A stretch of DNA of 64,000 nucleotides from an uncultured Candidatus Saccharibacteria bacterium (GTDB taxonomy: Bacteria; Patescibacteriota; Saccharimonadia; Saccharimonadales; JALRHH01): contig CAYYUY010000001.1 in NCBI GenBank assembly GCA_964474995.1, positions 18,123 to 82,122 on the forward strand. Reading direction: 5' to 3'. Position 1 is the stretch's first letter; each line of letters begins with the position of its first letter. Below are positions 63,947 through 64,000 of this stretch, in pieces. A program made the translations under genes and the position numbers. Below the pieces are notes generated by a model that searched no databases, was not told the DNA's origin, and worked only from the letters and a program-made list of their open reading frames with translations.

Positions 63947-64000
63947 ATGCACAATGCCGAACAAATCCTCGTAATCATCCTTTCATCATTTCTTGCAATC
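63947..64000 (+). CDS. 5' end of an ORF running off the window (hydrophobic N-terminus MHNAEQILVIILSSFLAI)
   Basis: TGGTATACT lies 7 nt upstream of the ATG. This matches the leaderless pattern seen elsewhere. Only 18 codons are visible. Confidence 0.3.
   Translation, partial: MHNAEQILVIILSSFLAI

Noticed and set aside
1-64000. An alternative genetic code (UGA as a sense codon, as in some candidate phyla)
   Set aside because: TGA terminates conserved genes at the expected lengths, for example pheS and gatA, both through ATGA overlaps with the next gene. No conserved gene needs read-through of any stop codon.
1-64000. CRISPR arrays, long tandem repeats, IS elements, prophage or defence islands
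   Set aside because: Reading the spacers on both strands showed only short (12 nt or less) direct repeats and hairpins. Every ORF above 150 aa is housekeeping or an isolated hypothetical. There are no nuclease/helicase/methylase clusters typical of defence systems.

Overview
Gene-dense chromosomal window with about 70 CDS, one tRNA, very short spacers and many 1-8 nt gene overlaps. It is almost entirely housekeeping. I saw no rRNA, CRISPR array, transposase, integrase, phage gene or recognisable defence island.

Gene order, left to right:
- trmD (5' end cut by the window), nickel superoxide dismutase plus its maturation protease, NDH-2 and an FAD-linked oxidase.
- A HAD-phosphatase::kinase-like fusion operon with two membrane proteins, then MscS and a membrane-anchored beta-lactamase-fold hydrolase.
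- The oxidative pentose-phosphate operon pgl-gnd-zwf.
- Three ABC exporter systems flanking a secreted protein and a mini-pilin.
- tRNA-Gln(CUG), then metK behind a SAM-riboswitch-like leader.
- rarA, typA, corA and a CNNM/CorC-type protein.
- Envelope and lipid enzymes: PIG-L deacetylase, DUF475, two PAP2 proteins, and further right a GDPD.
- A Fur-family regulator divergent from a ZIP transporter.
- rmuC, a GH63-like hydrolase, yajQ.
- pheS-[MazG-like ORF]-pheT, then an RND pump and a NUDIX hydrolase.
- FKBP, a Grx/NrdH-like redoxin, trxB, MarR.
- ppa-gap-rpiB-rpe-split tkt-fba.
- PfkB kinase, an unknown 416-aa protein and a LOG/SLOG-like protein.
- uvrB, gatC-gatA-[TM ORF]-gatB, galU.

The genetic code looks standard, because TGA, TAA and TAG all end conserved genes at the expected lengths. 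The compaction, split transketolase, pilin-like ORF, and scavenging-type rather than biosynthetic gene content suggest a reduced-genome monoderm bacterium, possibly Patescibacteria/CPR (Saccharibacteria-like). That is inference only.

All protein family calls come from motif recognition by eye. No BLAST, HMM or Rfam search was run.

Things worth a second look:
1. Extended -10 boxes sit 6-8 nt upstream of ATG at 14 or more genes. This implies widespread leaderless mRNAs and corrects several ORF-track starts.
2. The SAM-I-clan riboswitch candidate before metK ends in a hairpin that is both a terminator and an SD-sequestering stem.
3. A roughly 104-nt structured element with an internal 12-nt direct repeat lies between the redoxin gene and trxB.
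4. Three gene clusters built around unknown proteins: PfkB-unknown-SLOG, the HAD::kinase operon, and small ORFs nested by ATGA overlaps inside pheST and gatCAB.

None of these is proven novel. I found no clear-cut new system.
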